Source: a bacterium (GTDB lineage Bacteria; Hinthialibacterota; Hinthialibacteria; Hinthialibacterales; Hinthialibacteraceae). Taken from it: a stretch of DNA of 64,000 bases. Both the position numbers and the translations under genes were made by a program. The stretch is taken from positions 1,632,001 through 1,696,000 of the forward strand of contig CAXXMV010000006.1 in the NCBI GenBank assembly GCA_963662285.2, written 5' to 3'. Numbering within the stretch: the stretch's first letter is position 1; every line of letters starts with the position of its first letter. Shown piece after piece: positions 21,530 through 30,419 of this stretch. The notes beneath the pieces were generated by a model. That model did not search any database. It was given only the letters and a program-made list of their open reading frames with translations, and was not told the origin of the DNA.

Positions 21530-22184
21530 AAGAGCATTTCTCATAAGATTTCATATGAAATCAGAGAACGGCTTAAAAAAGGCTATAAAACAGGCGTAGC
21601 GCCTGCGGACCTCGTCTGCACGTGCTGCGGCGGTCAATTAAGTCATAACTCTCACTTCTCTTGGCCGGGATGCGAAGTTATGACTTAATTTTTTAAGAAC
21701 TATATTTTCTACCGCAATTTATCTTCTCTCATCACATTTCTTTATTAATAACGCATTGGAGATGTGCTTATAAAAAGCATCTCCAGACGCGATGTTTTTC
21801 GTTACGTTCCTATCGTTGTCGTCGAAGGGCCTCGGAGATCTTCAACGACTGGCCAAAATTGGCGTAAGTTCCTTACATTGAAACAAACATTTCCTTACAG
21901 ACATAATCTATGGTCTGCGGCGGTCAGGATAAGCATCTTTCAGCCGGGATATTATAAATATATATATTTATAATATCCCGGTTAAACACGCCAATTTTAC
22001 AACAGGAACGCAAATATTTTTTGTTCTATCAGAGAGAAGACGGACGGTTTTCCACTGGAGGGAAAGGCGCCGTTCCCGCTGACCTCATCATTTGTCTCTT
22101 TCATTGCTGCGACGGTCAATTAAACCATGCTCACTTCACGAAAAACTTCTCGTTGGCCGGGATGCGAAGTTACTGCTTTTTTTT
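21530..22184 (+). ncRNA. Candidate large structured non-coding RNA or tandem cis-regulatory RNA (family not recognised)
   Basis: Three copies of CTGCGRCGGTCA...GCCGGGAT, nested long-range inverted repeats, several hairpins, and U-tracts at 21689-21694 and 22177-22184. G-U pairs mostly favour the plus strand. Confidence 0.5.
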
Positions 22185-22246
22185 AAATTCACTTTGAATA
22201 AATATACACCTCGATGAAAAGGTACTTTTCAAACTGTTCGTCATAT

Positions 22247-22274
22247 GTATCGGCATGACTTTAGAAAAACTTTA
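22247..22274 (-). promoter_or_regulatory. sigma28 (FliA/SigD) promoter pointing toward the flagellin genes
   Basis: Minus strand reads TAAA-GTTTTTCTAAAGTCAT(16 nt)-GCCGATAC. Confidence 0.75.
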
Positions 22275-22333
22275 GCTATTTTTTTTAATTTTTTCTAAAA
22301 AAAATAAAAAAATCTATTTATTAATAATAGATG

Positions 22334-22373
22334 TAAAAAAATGATTGACATTACCGATAATATCTGTTGTAAT
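22334..22373 (+). promoter_or_regulatory. Overlapping sigma28-like and sigma70-like promoters for the receiver-domain gene
   Basis: TAAA(22334)-N15-ACCGATAA(22353-22360) and TTGACA(22345)-N17-TGTAAT(22368-22373). Confidence 0.6.
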
Positions 22374-22506
22374 GTAATGTTCATTTTTCTATTTGTATGT
22401 AATGATATGATATGTACTAATAAATAATATAGTTAAATAGAATGTTTTGTTATAAATTTATAGAGTTATTTATTGAATTAATACTTTTAGAGAGCATGGA
22501 TTGTCA

Positions 22507-22890
22507 ATGCGTAAAACAGCGTTAGTGGTCGATGATGAACCAATTCCACGTACTTTTGTCTCTCATATCTTAAAATCCTTAGGATTTTTCGTTATTGAGG
22601 CCGATTCAGAGGAAAGCGCATGGGATAGTTTCGTCGAGAATGAAGAGGAATTGGATTATATAATTACCGAGATACATCTGGTAAGAGGTTCTGGACTAAA
22701 TTTATATCAAAGAATCAGGGACCGAAGCAAAAATAAGACGATAGTAGTATGTGATGATTGTTATGTTAACAATCATCAAGAAGTAATGGATGATCCCAAC
22801 GCAGTGCTGCTGGTTAAACCTTTTCCCGTGGACACCTTAATTGAGACTACCAATTTTACCAAACATAATAATAAAATAATATCAAGCTGA
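22507..22890 (+). CDS. Single-domain response-regulator receiver, atypical (phosphoacceptor Asp replaced by Glu)
   Basis: ALVVDDE...DYIITEIHL..GSG...LVKPF; ATG at 22507 chosen over TTG at 22501. Confidence 0.8.
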   Translation: MRKTALVVDDEPIPRTFVSHILKSLGFFVIEADSEESAWDSFVENEEELDYIITEIHLVRGSGLNLYQRIRDRSKNKTIVVCDDCYVNNHQEVMDDPNAVLLVKPFPVDTLIETTNFTKHNNKIISS

Positions 22891-22993
22891 TATTGAAATT
22901 TTCCTCCGTTATATCATTGAATTATTTCAAAACTATCCTGGTCATATTAAATATTGCTTAACAATTATTCCAAATAGTATTCGGTGAATATCA

Positions 22994-24253
22994 ATGCTCA
23001 CAGAAAAACAGATAAACATTGGTCGGCGCAATTTCATTAAGATGGTTTCTGCGTTGCCCGCAATTGGCTTGTTCGATTATTCAGCGCTTGATATGGAACC
23101 GGTCAAAGTAGCTTTGATCGGCGCTGGCGGAATCGGACTTGATCATATAAAGAAATTTGATCCTAAATATATTCAAGTAAAAGCGGTCTGCGATATCCGA
23201 CCCGGAGCGCAGGATAAAGCGCTGCATCTCCTTAAAAAAGAGCATGATATGCAAGCTGACGCCTACGCTGATTATAAAGATGCGCTAAAGCGGGATGATA
23301 TTGAGGCGGTGATTATTGGAACGCCTCTTTGGACTCACGCCCCAATCGCCATTGACGCCCTTAATGCCGGGAAACACGTATTTTGCGAAAAGATGATGGC
23401 TAAAACAGTTGAACAATGCCAGGCCATGATCGACGCCGCCGATAGTAATAAACGCATTTTGCAAATCGGTTACCAGCGTTTTTACAGTAAATTGTATCAA
23501 GATGCCTACCAATTGATACGTAACGGGCTTCTGGGCGATATCTATTACATCCGCACCTCATGGCATCTCAGCGGAGGGCGGAAACGTACTATTGAGGGCA
23601 GGGATAAGCGCGACATGGAAAAAGGTTTATTATCCCCCACCAAATATGGCTACCAGGACCTCGAACATCTGATTAACTGGCGTATGTATTGGAAATATTC
23701 TGAAGGATACGCCGCTGAATTGTTAAGCCATCAAACCGCTGTCACCAATTGGGTATATGACGCTGAACCCACATCAGTTATGGGAATGGGCGGAACCTAT
23801 ATATATAAGAATGACCGGGAAATCGAAGACCATTTTTATTGCACCTTCGGCTACCCGAACGGCCGCACGGTAACCAGTTCCATGATTCTTTCCAACGATT
23901 TTGAGCCGACTGGTGAAGTGATTATGGGTACAGAAGGAATACTGTATCTGATTGGATCATATCAGGCCTACCTGTTTCTACGCCAAGGCAAATCCAATTG
24001 GAAATACGCAGAGATTGATACTATAGCTAAAGACTTATCCAATAAACTTGATGTCAATAATTTACCTGATAAGAAAGTTGAACCAGTTAATTACGGTTCT
24101 GATGATTCATATAAAACAGAGTTCAGGGGATTCGCCAACGCCATTCGTAAAGACGGGCCGGTATTAAGCGGGGGCAGGGAAGGAATGGCGGCGGCCAAGG
24201 CCATCATCGCCGCTAATCGATCCATCAAATCCCGTCAAGCGGTTGAAATCTAG
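22994..24253 (+). CDS. Tat-exported Gfo/Idh/MocA family oxidoreductase
   Basis: GRRNFIK, IGAGGIG, GTPLWTH, HVFCEK. Confidence 0.9.
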   Translation: MLTEKQINIGRRNFIKMVSALPAIGLFDYSALDMEPVKVALIGAGGIGLDHIKKFDPKYIQVKAVCDIRPGAQDKALHLLKKEHDMQADAYADYKDALKRDDIEAVIIGTPLWTHAPIAIDALNAGKHVFCEKMMAKTVEQCQAMIDAADSNKRILQIGYQRFYSKLYQDAYQLIRNGLLGDIYYIRTSWHLSGGRKRTIEGRDKRDMEKGLLSPTKYGYQDLEHLINWRMYWKYSEGYAAELLSHQTAVTNWVYDAEPTSVMGMGGTYIYKNDREIEDHFYCTFGYPNGRTVTSSMILSNDFEPTGEVIMGTEGILYLIGSYQAYLFLRQGKSNWKYAEIDTIAKDLSNKLDVNNLPDKKVEPVNYGSDDSYKTEFRGFANAIRKDGPVLSGGREGMAAAKAIIAANRSIKSRQAVEI

Positions 24254-24335
24254 GGTGGGTCGCGCCTTATCGACCCACCGATTGTGATTAATTAATTTAT
24301 TGATCCGGTGGGTCGAAAAACGCGATCCACCCTAC
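24251..24335. repeat. REP-like palindrome doublet (inverted pair)
   Basis: tagggtgggtcg-cgccttat-cgacccacc ... cggtgggtcgaaaaacgcgatccaccctac. Confidence 0.8.
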
Positions 24336-24339
24336 GAGG

Positions 24340-24972
24340 TTAATAAATAGACCAGTCATCAATACCCGTTTCCTGGTTTAGTAAATACAATTTTAAGTCA
24401 TCAAACCAAACTTCATTTTCGTCATATTCATCACCTGGATTGCCCATGTGGAATATTAAGAGTAATGGATCAGTGGTTAGATTGCTTTCCGCGTCAAGAA
24501 TCAGATCAACATATACCCATTCATCCGCGTTTTCGATGGTGTATTCCGCCGATGTCCCGGTCCATGGATCTTCACTCATCGCCATGATTGGCCGAATGGT
24601 GAATGGAGCAGTTTTAACCTGAATCCAAAAGGTTACGCGCCAGGGATAGATGTCAGCGCCTTCAGGTAGAGAGATGGTTTCATTGGTATATTGGATGTTG
24701 TTCATCGCGACATCCGGCAAAGTAGTTGTTAAAATAACCATGGCAAAACCGCCATCAGGACCATCTTCAATCATCCCAAGAATCTCCGCAGTATTTCCAT
24801 TATTTTGCACTAAGTACCAGTCGCCGGGTACATACGTTTCATCTTCGAATGGAACATGTAGAATTAGTTCACCATTGACTTCTTGCGCGGCTATAACTAA
24901 TGGGAATGCTCCACTGAGCATAATTAAAGAACAGAATGTAATTAGAAATATTGATTTATCCTGGAGTTTCAT
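24340..24972 (-). CDS. Secreted acidic protein, probable carbohydrate-binding (CBM4/9-like) beta-sandwich, with conserved C-terminal tail
   Basis: Signal peptide; ...MSEDPW...EW....FHMG...VWFDDLKL pattern; ends TGIDDWSIY. Confidence 0.65.
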   Translation of the reverse strand: MKLQDKSIFLITFCSLIMLSGAFPLVIAAQEVNGELILHVPFEDETYVPGDWYLVQNNGNTAEILGMIEDGPDGGFAMVILTTTLPDVAMNNIQYTNETISLPEGADIYPWRVTFWIQVKTAPFTIRPIMAMSEDPWTGTSAEYTIENADEWVYVDLILDAESNLTTDPLLLIFHMGNPGDEYDENEVWFDDLKLYLLNQETGIDDWSIY

Positions 24973-25073
24973 GATTACCTCCTGATAGAAAGAATGGCTG
25001 TCATTTCCTTTTTATATCAGGAAATCTCACATAATACAATCGAATCTATTATGGATTTCAAGATTTAGAATAT

Positions 25074-27140
25074 TTATTTATACGTTGCTCCCCAGGGTTC
25101 GATCTGGATTAAGTTCTTTGTCTTGAGTTCTTTATATACATCCGGCATATCGAAGGTTTTTAAGACATCGGGGATCAGAGTCGCCAGGGGCCAATCATAG
25201 AATTCTGATTCAGCGATATCAGAATATGAGGTCAGGGCGTTCTTCAGGGTAACTTGTTTAACCGAGTCAGAGAAAAGCGATGCGAATGAGGCTGGTAAAG
25301 CGCCCCATCCTTTGGCTGCTATGTGAACCTTGGTATAACCGCAACTTTTCAACCAATCCAAGACGCGCAAAACATCATAAGTCTTTTGCCCTACGTAGGG
25401 GTAATCAAGCATTATCGAATGGATGGCGTAAAAATAATCATTGCCATAGGGATTAAAGAAATCATCGCCGCAGGTATTGGGTTTTGATTCTCCGATGCCG
25501 CGTACGTCGCAGGTGAAAAATGGCGTATCAGGATATTTGGCGATTAATTCGCTAATCATCGGTTCATCGCGCAATTCCTGGTCGCTGGATAGGTGGGATA
25601 TGTAAAGAATGGCCTCATTGGTCTCACGGGGCGGTCTGGAATATTTGGGTTCATCGCAAAGCAGATAAACCAGCGCCTGGATGCCCGGTTCGGTTTCAAC
25701 TGCATAAGCTGCGGCATGAGGTTTGGGATATTTTCTCGATCCGCGGGGACGCAGGATACGGTATTCAGGGACGCTATTATCGGCGGGGAATTTCAAAGCC
25801 TCTTTGACCGCATCCTTCAAATCATTGCCGCTCAATTGTTTACGCTGCTGCGCCAGTTTCTTTGATGAATCTTTGGTAAACGAAAAGACGGTGCGTGAAT
25901 CCAAAGAGCTGACTTGGCCTTTCGGAGCGCAAAACAGCGTTTCAATCTCTTCGATAGTGAGTTCAGGTTCTGTCTGTGCTTTTGATACGCCGGTTATTTT
26001 ATTGAACCATTGATACATGGCGGTGCGGTTTTCAATGGAATAGCCATGATAACTTGGTCCAATAAACAGGCCTATGTTATCCCGTGCGCCAAGCAATCCA
26101 TAAAGATTTTGCAAGCGCTTGTGAGCTTCTTCTAATCCACGGGCATCGAAATAATCTCTCTCTTTGCCGAGTAGTATTACGGGTTTGGGCGCCATAGCTG
26201 CGATGAAATCATCATGATCCAAACCGAGCGCTAATGCTTTAGGAGGGCATTGCTCGGTATCGGCGGGAAGTTCATTCTCCAGGTTGCGGCGGAAAGTGAT
26301 GACAAAACAACTCGGGGCGCCCATAGTCCAACGGCTTTCGAGACCGCAGAGCCAGGTCGTCATGGTTCCACCGCCGGAGTTTCCGGTTACGCCAATGTGC
26401 TTGGGATCGACTTCCTCACGGGTCAGCAGGTAATCCAGCGCCCTAATGCCATCCCATGCGCGCCAGGCGCCGATAAACTCGCCAACCAGAAACTGCTGGT
26501 TGCCGGCATATAGGTGTTCCCGGACGCCAATGCCTATGCTTGATTTGTTGATTTCTCCGGCTACTGGATATTGTATGCGTTCACCCTGACCTATTGGATC
26601 ATAAATCAGAACCACATATCCCTGCCGGGCGAGTCCCTGAGCGAAGGATTGATAGATATCGACCATTTTCCCGGTGGCGGAATGTCCACAGGTTCCAATA
26701 ATACCGGGCAGGGGGAATTTCCTGTTTTTGGGGATATATAAATTAGCGGTAACCAGAAAACCGGGGCGGCTTTCGAAGATGATATTTTCTATGGTGTAGG
26801 CGTCTCTCTCGATAACCTTGGTTATTCTTGGATTTAAGGGAGTTTTTTCGGGGAACTCGCCGAAACTTTGTTTTATTTTTTCCCGGACGGATTTAAGGTA
26901 TGCTTCTGCATCGGCTTTGGTTTTGAGGTTTGATTTGGCCTCCAAACTTTTCTGTTCCGCCTGACGGACTTGTTTGACAAAATATTCCTGCACCATGCGG
27001 GGGAAGCGATTCAGTGGTTCTATACTAGATGAACTGGATGAATCGGCTGTGTAAGAAGTCATGGGGATGAATAATATTGAAAAGAGAAGAATCAATATTC
27101 CGCAGCGATTTACTTTATTGACTGAGTTTGAAAAGTTCAT
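25074..27140 (-). CDS. Secreted acetylxylan-esterase-like alpha/beta hydrolase (two-domain)
   Basis: FESRPG..VTANLYIP, YDPIGQGER, GNSGGG nucleophile elbow; second degenerate domain DVRGIGE. Confidence 0.8.
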   Translation of the reverse strand: MNFSNSVNKVNRCGILILLFSILFIPMTSYTADSSSSSSIEPLNRFPRMVQEYFVKQVRQAEQKSLEAKSNLKTKADAEAYLKSVREKIKQSFGEFPEKTPLNPRITKVIERDAYTIENIIFESRPGFLVTANLYIPKNRKFPLPGIIGTCGHSATGKMVDIYQSFAQGLARQGYVVLIYDPIGQGERIQYPVAGEINKSSIGIGVREHLYAGNQQFLVGEFIGAWRAWDGIRALDYLLTREEVDPKHIGVTGNSGGGTMTTWLCGLESRWTMGAPSCFVITFRRNLENELPADTEQCPPKALALGLDHDDFIAAMAPKPVILLGKERDYFDARGLEEAHKRLQNLYGLLGARDNIGLFIGPSYHGYSIENRTAMYQWFNKITGVSKAQTEPELTIEEIETLFCAPKGQVSSLDSRTVFSFTKDSSKKLAQQRKQLSGNDLKDAVKEALKFPADNSVPEYRILRPRGSRKYPKPHAAAYAVETEPGIQALVYLLCDEPKYSRPPRETNEAILYISHLSSDQELRDEPMISELIAKYPDTPFFTCDVRGIGESKPNTCGDDFFNPYGNDYFYAIHSIMLDYPYVGQKTYDVLRVLDWLKSCGYTKVHIAAKGWGALPASFASLFSDSVKQVTLKNALTSYSDIAESEFYDWPLATLIPDVLKTFDMPDVYKELKTKNLIQIEPWGATYK

Positions 27141-27170
27141 GATTATCCCATAAATAATAAAAGTTATAAT

Positions 27171-27200
27171 CGGTGGGTCAAAAAACGCGATCCACCCTAC
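27171..27200 (-). repeat. REP-like palindrome
   Basis: cggtgggtcaaaaaacgcgatccaccctac, one mismatch to the 24306-24335 copy. Confidence 0.8.
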
Positions 27201-27382
27201 GGCGTCAATCTAACTGTACTAAAAAAAAGACGGGGTTTCAACGTTTCCTGGCATTTCATGAGGTTTAAAGTGTTGAGCAAAGTGAACCACCCATCTCCTT
27301 TTATAAATTTGACTGTAGTAGTAAAGTTAAATACCTATAAATACAATGGATAACAACTCTTTAATTTGATGGGACAAAAACA

Positions 27383-29470
27383 ATGTTTAAGAAAATAATG
27401 CAAATTAGCAACGTGTTCATTTTAGTAATGATACAGGCCGCTCTGGCGCAGGCTCAGCCGCCGCAGCCTGGAGTTCCTTCTTTTGATGATGGGAAAATCC
27501 CGGAGTTTGTCATTACTCACAATACGGAAATTGAACTGGTTGATTATCAGGGCAAGGCTGCGCTTCAGGTTATTTATGATTCAAAAGTGGAATGGCCTAA
27601 TGTGTTTTTCAGGGCAGGTGATTCTCCCTGGGATTGGCGGGATTATTCGGGCATTGCTATTGATATGTATAATCCCGGCGATGAGTCTGTTTCGGTGAAT
27701 CTACGGGTTGATAATGAGGGCGCCAATGGTACAGATAATTGCAACGTAACTCAAAAACTAGTTCCAGCGGGGCAATCCAAGACGTTGAAACTATATTTCA
27801 GCACCAAAGACCGGGAAATTTTCTGGGGTATGCGCGGCATTCCGGTGCGCGGTCCTATGGGAAACGGTTCACCGTTGGATATGTCGAAAATTACCGCTTG
27901 GCAATTGTATCTGGCGCGTCCCCAATCACCTCACACTATTTTGATTACATCAGTCACTCTGTTTGGCGAGGGCGGCGACCTCACTGATAAAGTTCCTTTT
28001 CCATTTATTGACGCCTATGGGCAGTATATTCATACCGATTGGCCCGGCAAGATTAAAAAAGATAAAGATTTTCAAATTCAACATAAAAAAGAGTTAGCCC
28101 AACGCGCTGCACACAAAACATCTCATCTAGATGCTTACGGCGGTTGGAAGGACGGGCCTAAACTTGAAGCAACCGGGTGGTTCCGTACTACTAAAATTAA
28201 GGATCAGCAATGGCTGGTTACGCCGGAAGGTCATCTATTTTTTTCGCTGGGCGTCGATTGCGTTGGAACCTGGAGCCAGACCTTTATTGAAGGACGTAAA
28301 ACCTGGTTTTCCGGTATGCCCGATGAGAATGACCCAAAATTCAAATCTGCTTTCGGTTATGTCGGTAGTACTCACAGCATGGCCGAAAACATTGGCGGCA
28401 AGGGGAAAACCTATAGTTTTTATTCATCAAACCTTATACGTAAGTTCGGTGAAGATTGGCGAAAACAGTGGATAGACAACAGTCTGGCTCGCTTGAAAGA
28501 CTGGGGATTCAATACCATCGGCAATTGGAGCCAGGGTGATTTATTGAGCGTGAGCGATATCCCATTTGTGGTTAATATGAATCTTAGCGGGGTGCGCCCT
28601 ATCGAGAGTTCCACTGGATACTGGGCCAAGATGATGGATGTATATGATCCCAGTTTTACTGAAGCCGTAGAGAAAACTATTGCCAATAGAACCAAGCAGT
28701 GGCGCGACAACCGCTATTGCCTGGGATATTTCGTAGATAACGAACTGGCCTGGAGCGGAGTTATGGACGGCGTACTTACCAGCAACACAGATCAGCCGGT
28801 TCGTCAGGCTTTCATCAAGGAGTTGCAAGGCAAGTACAAAACACTGTCGAAATTGAACGAAGCCTGGAAGACCTCTTATGCAAAATGGTCTGACATTGGT
28901 AAGGTCAATAATCCAGCTGCGGCGGTTACCAAGGATTTAGAAGATTTTCATTTTACCTTTGCCGAGAGGTATTACCGCATCATCAAGCAAGCCTTCGAGC
29001 GTCACGCCCCTAACCAACTCTACCTGGGTTCGCGTTTTTCCGGAGCGCCTGATCCGGTAGTCCGCGCCTGCGCGGTTCATGCCGATGTTGTCAGTTTTAA
29101 TATATATCAAACCGCCCTCAATCAGTCGAAATGGGGAGATATCAGCAAGTTGAACAAACCTATCATGATCGGTGAATTTCACTTCGGCGCCACCGACCGG
29201 GGCATGTTCCACACCGGGCTGGTTCCAGTAGAGACCCAGGCGGATCGCGGCAAGGCCTATGAACATTACGTAAAAAGCGTAATGGATAATCCAGCCTTTG
29301 TTGGATGCCACTGGTTCCAATACGTAGACGAACCAACCACCGGACGCACCCACGATGGAGAGAATTACAATATCGGTTTCGTCGATGTAACCGACACGCC
29401 CTATCCGCACATGGTTGAGTCGGCCAAAAAGATTCATGGCGATTTGTATGCGCGGCGGTTTAAGAAGTAA
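27383..29470 (+). CDS. Secreted GH50-like beta-agarase/galactanase
   Basis: N-terminal CBM-like domain; WLVTPEGHLFFSLG, WGFNTIGNWS, GYFVDNEL, IGEFHFGATDRG, GCHWFQY, DGENYNIG. Confidence 0.85.
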   Translation: MFKKIMQISNVFILVMIQAALAQAQPPQPGVPSFDDGKIPEFVITHNTEIELVDYQGKAALQVIYDSKVEWPNVFFRAGDSPWDWRDYSGIAIDMYNPGDESVSVNLRVDNEGANGTDNCNVTQKLVPAGQSKTLKLYFSTKDREIFWGMRGIPVRGPMGNGSPLDMSKITAWQLYLARPQSPHTILITSVTLFGEGGDLTDKVPFPFIDAYGQYIHTDWPGKIKKDKDFQIQHKKELAQRAAHKTSHLDAYGGWKDGPKLEATGWFRTTKIKDQQWLVTPEGHLFFSLGVDCVGTWSQTFIEGRKTWFSGMPDENDPKFKSAFGYVGSTHSMAENIGGKGKTYSFYSSNLIRKFGEDWRKQWIDNSLARLKDWGFNTIGNWSQGDLLSVSDIPFVVNMNLSGVRPIESSTGYWAKMMDVYDPSFTEAVEKTIANRTKQWRDNRYCLGYFVDNELAWSGVMDGVLTSNTDQPVRQAFIKELQGKYKTLSKLNEAWKTSYAKWSDIGKVNNPAAAVTKDLEDFHFTFAERYYRIIKQAFERHAPNQLYLGSRFSGAPDPVVRACAVHADVVSFNIYQTALNQSKWGDISKLNKPIMIGEFHFGATDRGMFHTGLVPVETQADRGKAYEHYVKSVMDNPAFVGCHWFQYVDEPTTGRTHDGENYNIGFVDVTDTPYPHMVESAKKIHGDLYARRFKK

Positions 29471-30201
29471 TGTTAATGACGGCGCTCATAATGAATTTAT
29501 TGAATAACCGATGGTATTTGATCAAACTCTTATTTGCCTGTTTTTCTATTGTTTTGCTCATAGGTCTAGGCTTTCTATCTTACCAAAGAGAAGGAATTCT
29601 TTATCTCATCATTAATAGCGATCTGTCTGCTGCGGATCGAATTGAAAGTATAAGAGATCATTTCCTCTCCTATGGGGCTTTTGCTCCTTTGATCTATGTT
29701 ATTTTCGTCATAATCGAGGTGGTCGTCGCTCCACTGCCGGGTCTGATGTTATATGCTCCGGGAGGCATGATTTTCGGCGGATTTCTGGGAGGCCTTCTGT
29801 CACTGATCGGGAATATCATTGGAGCGGGAATCGCTCATCAAATTGGCCGTATTTTGGGGCAGCCTTTTGTTGAGAAATTTCTAGAAAAAAAGTCATTGAA
29901 TGATTACAACCGCAGGATTTCAGATAACGGGATTTGGATCGTTTTTCTATTAAGAGTGAATCCATTCACTTCTTCAGACCTTGTATCATACACAGCCGGA
30001 TTAACCCGCATGAAAGTATGGAAATTGATGGTGGGAACCATGTTGGGTATGGCGCCATTATGTTGGATTCAGGCCTACTTTGCGTATGGGTTGCTGCAAG
30101 CGTTTCCCCAATTGATTTATCCATTAATCCTTGCTTGCGTGATCTATGCAGTCGTTATTATTTGGATAATCAAGAATGTGTTCAACGTTAAAAAAGTATA
30201 G
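29470..30201 (+). CDS. TVP38/TMEM64 (VTT/DedA-like) membrane protein
   Basis: VVVAPLPG...GGMIFG, LLRVNPF..DLVSY.AGL; hydrophobic. Confidence 0.85.
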   Translation: MLMTALIMNLLNNRWYLIKLLFACFSIVLLIGLGFLSYQREGILYLIINSDLSAADRIESIRDHFLSYGAFAPLIYVIFVIIEVVVAPLPGLMLYAPGGMIFGGFLGGLLSLIGNIIGAGIAHQIGRILGQPFVEKFLEKKSLNDYNRRISDNGIWIVFLLRVNPFTSSDLVSYTAGLTRMKVWKLMVGTMLGMAPLCWIQAYFAYGLLQAFPQLIYPLILACVIYAVVIIWIIKNVFNVKKV

Positions 30202-30419
30202 ATCTAACTCAATTAATAGATATTCGGAATGCCGGTGGAAGTCAAACAGAGCAAGGCGTCCGGATGCGGGATCAAGCGAGCCTATAAGTAAACCGTTGTT
30301 TCAACTCCTATATATTAAGCATACATTGTAGTTAACCCACTGTTGACAAAAGCAACGAGGTACTTGAAAATATTATAATAGATTGTCAGGTATTAAAATA
30401 TGACAGGGGAGGCAATAAT

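Noticed and set aside
21764-21973. 69-aa ORF inside the structured region
   Set aside because: No recognisable family, runs through hairpins and the AT palindrome; probably incidental.
21624-22172. Assigning the repeated motif to c-di-GMP-I, c-di-AMP, SRP, 6S, twister, hammerhead or HDV-type RNAs
   Set aside because: Only short partial resemblances (CAGCCGGG, GGUCAGG, CUGCGGCGG, UGAUGAG). The required cores, such as the GNRA-capped stems and CUGANGA/GAAA, were not found by eye.
21624-22172. CRISPR array
   Set aside because: Only three degenerate, internally variable copies at irregular 190-290 bp spacing, and no cas genes.
21496-22275. Invertible promoter element as a firm call
   Set aside because: The 11-bp inverted repeat is explained by two sigma28 -35 boxes, and there is no recombinase in the window.
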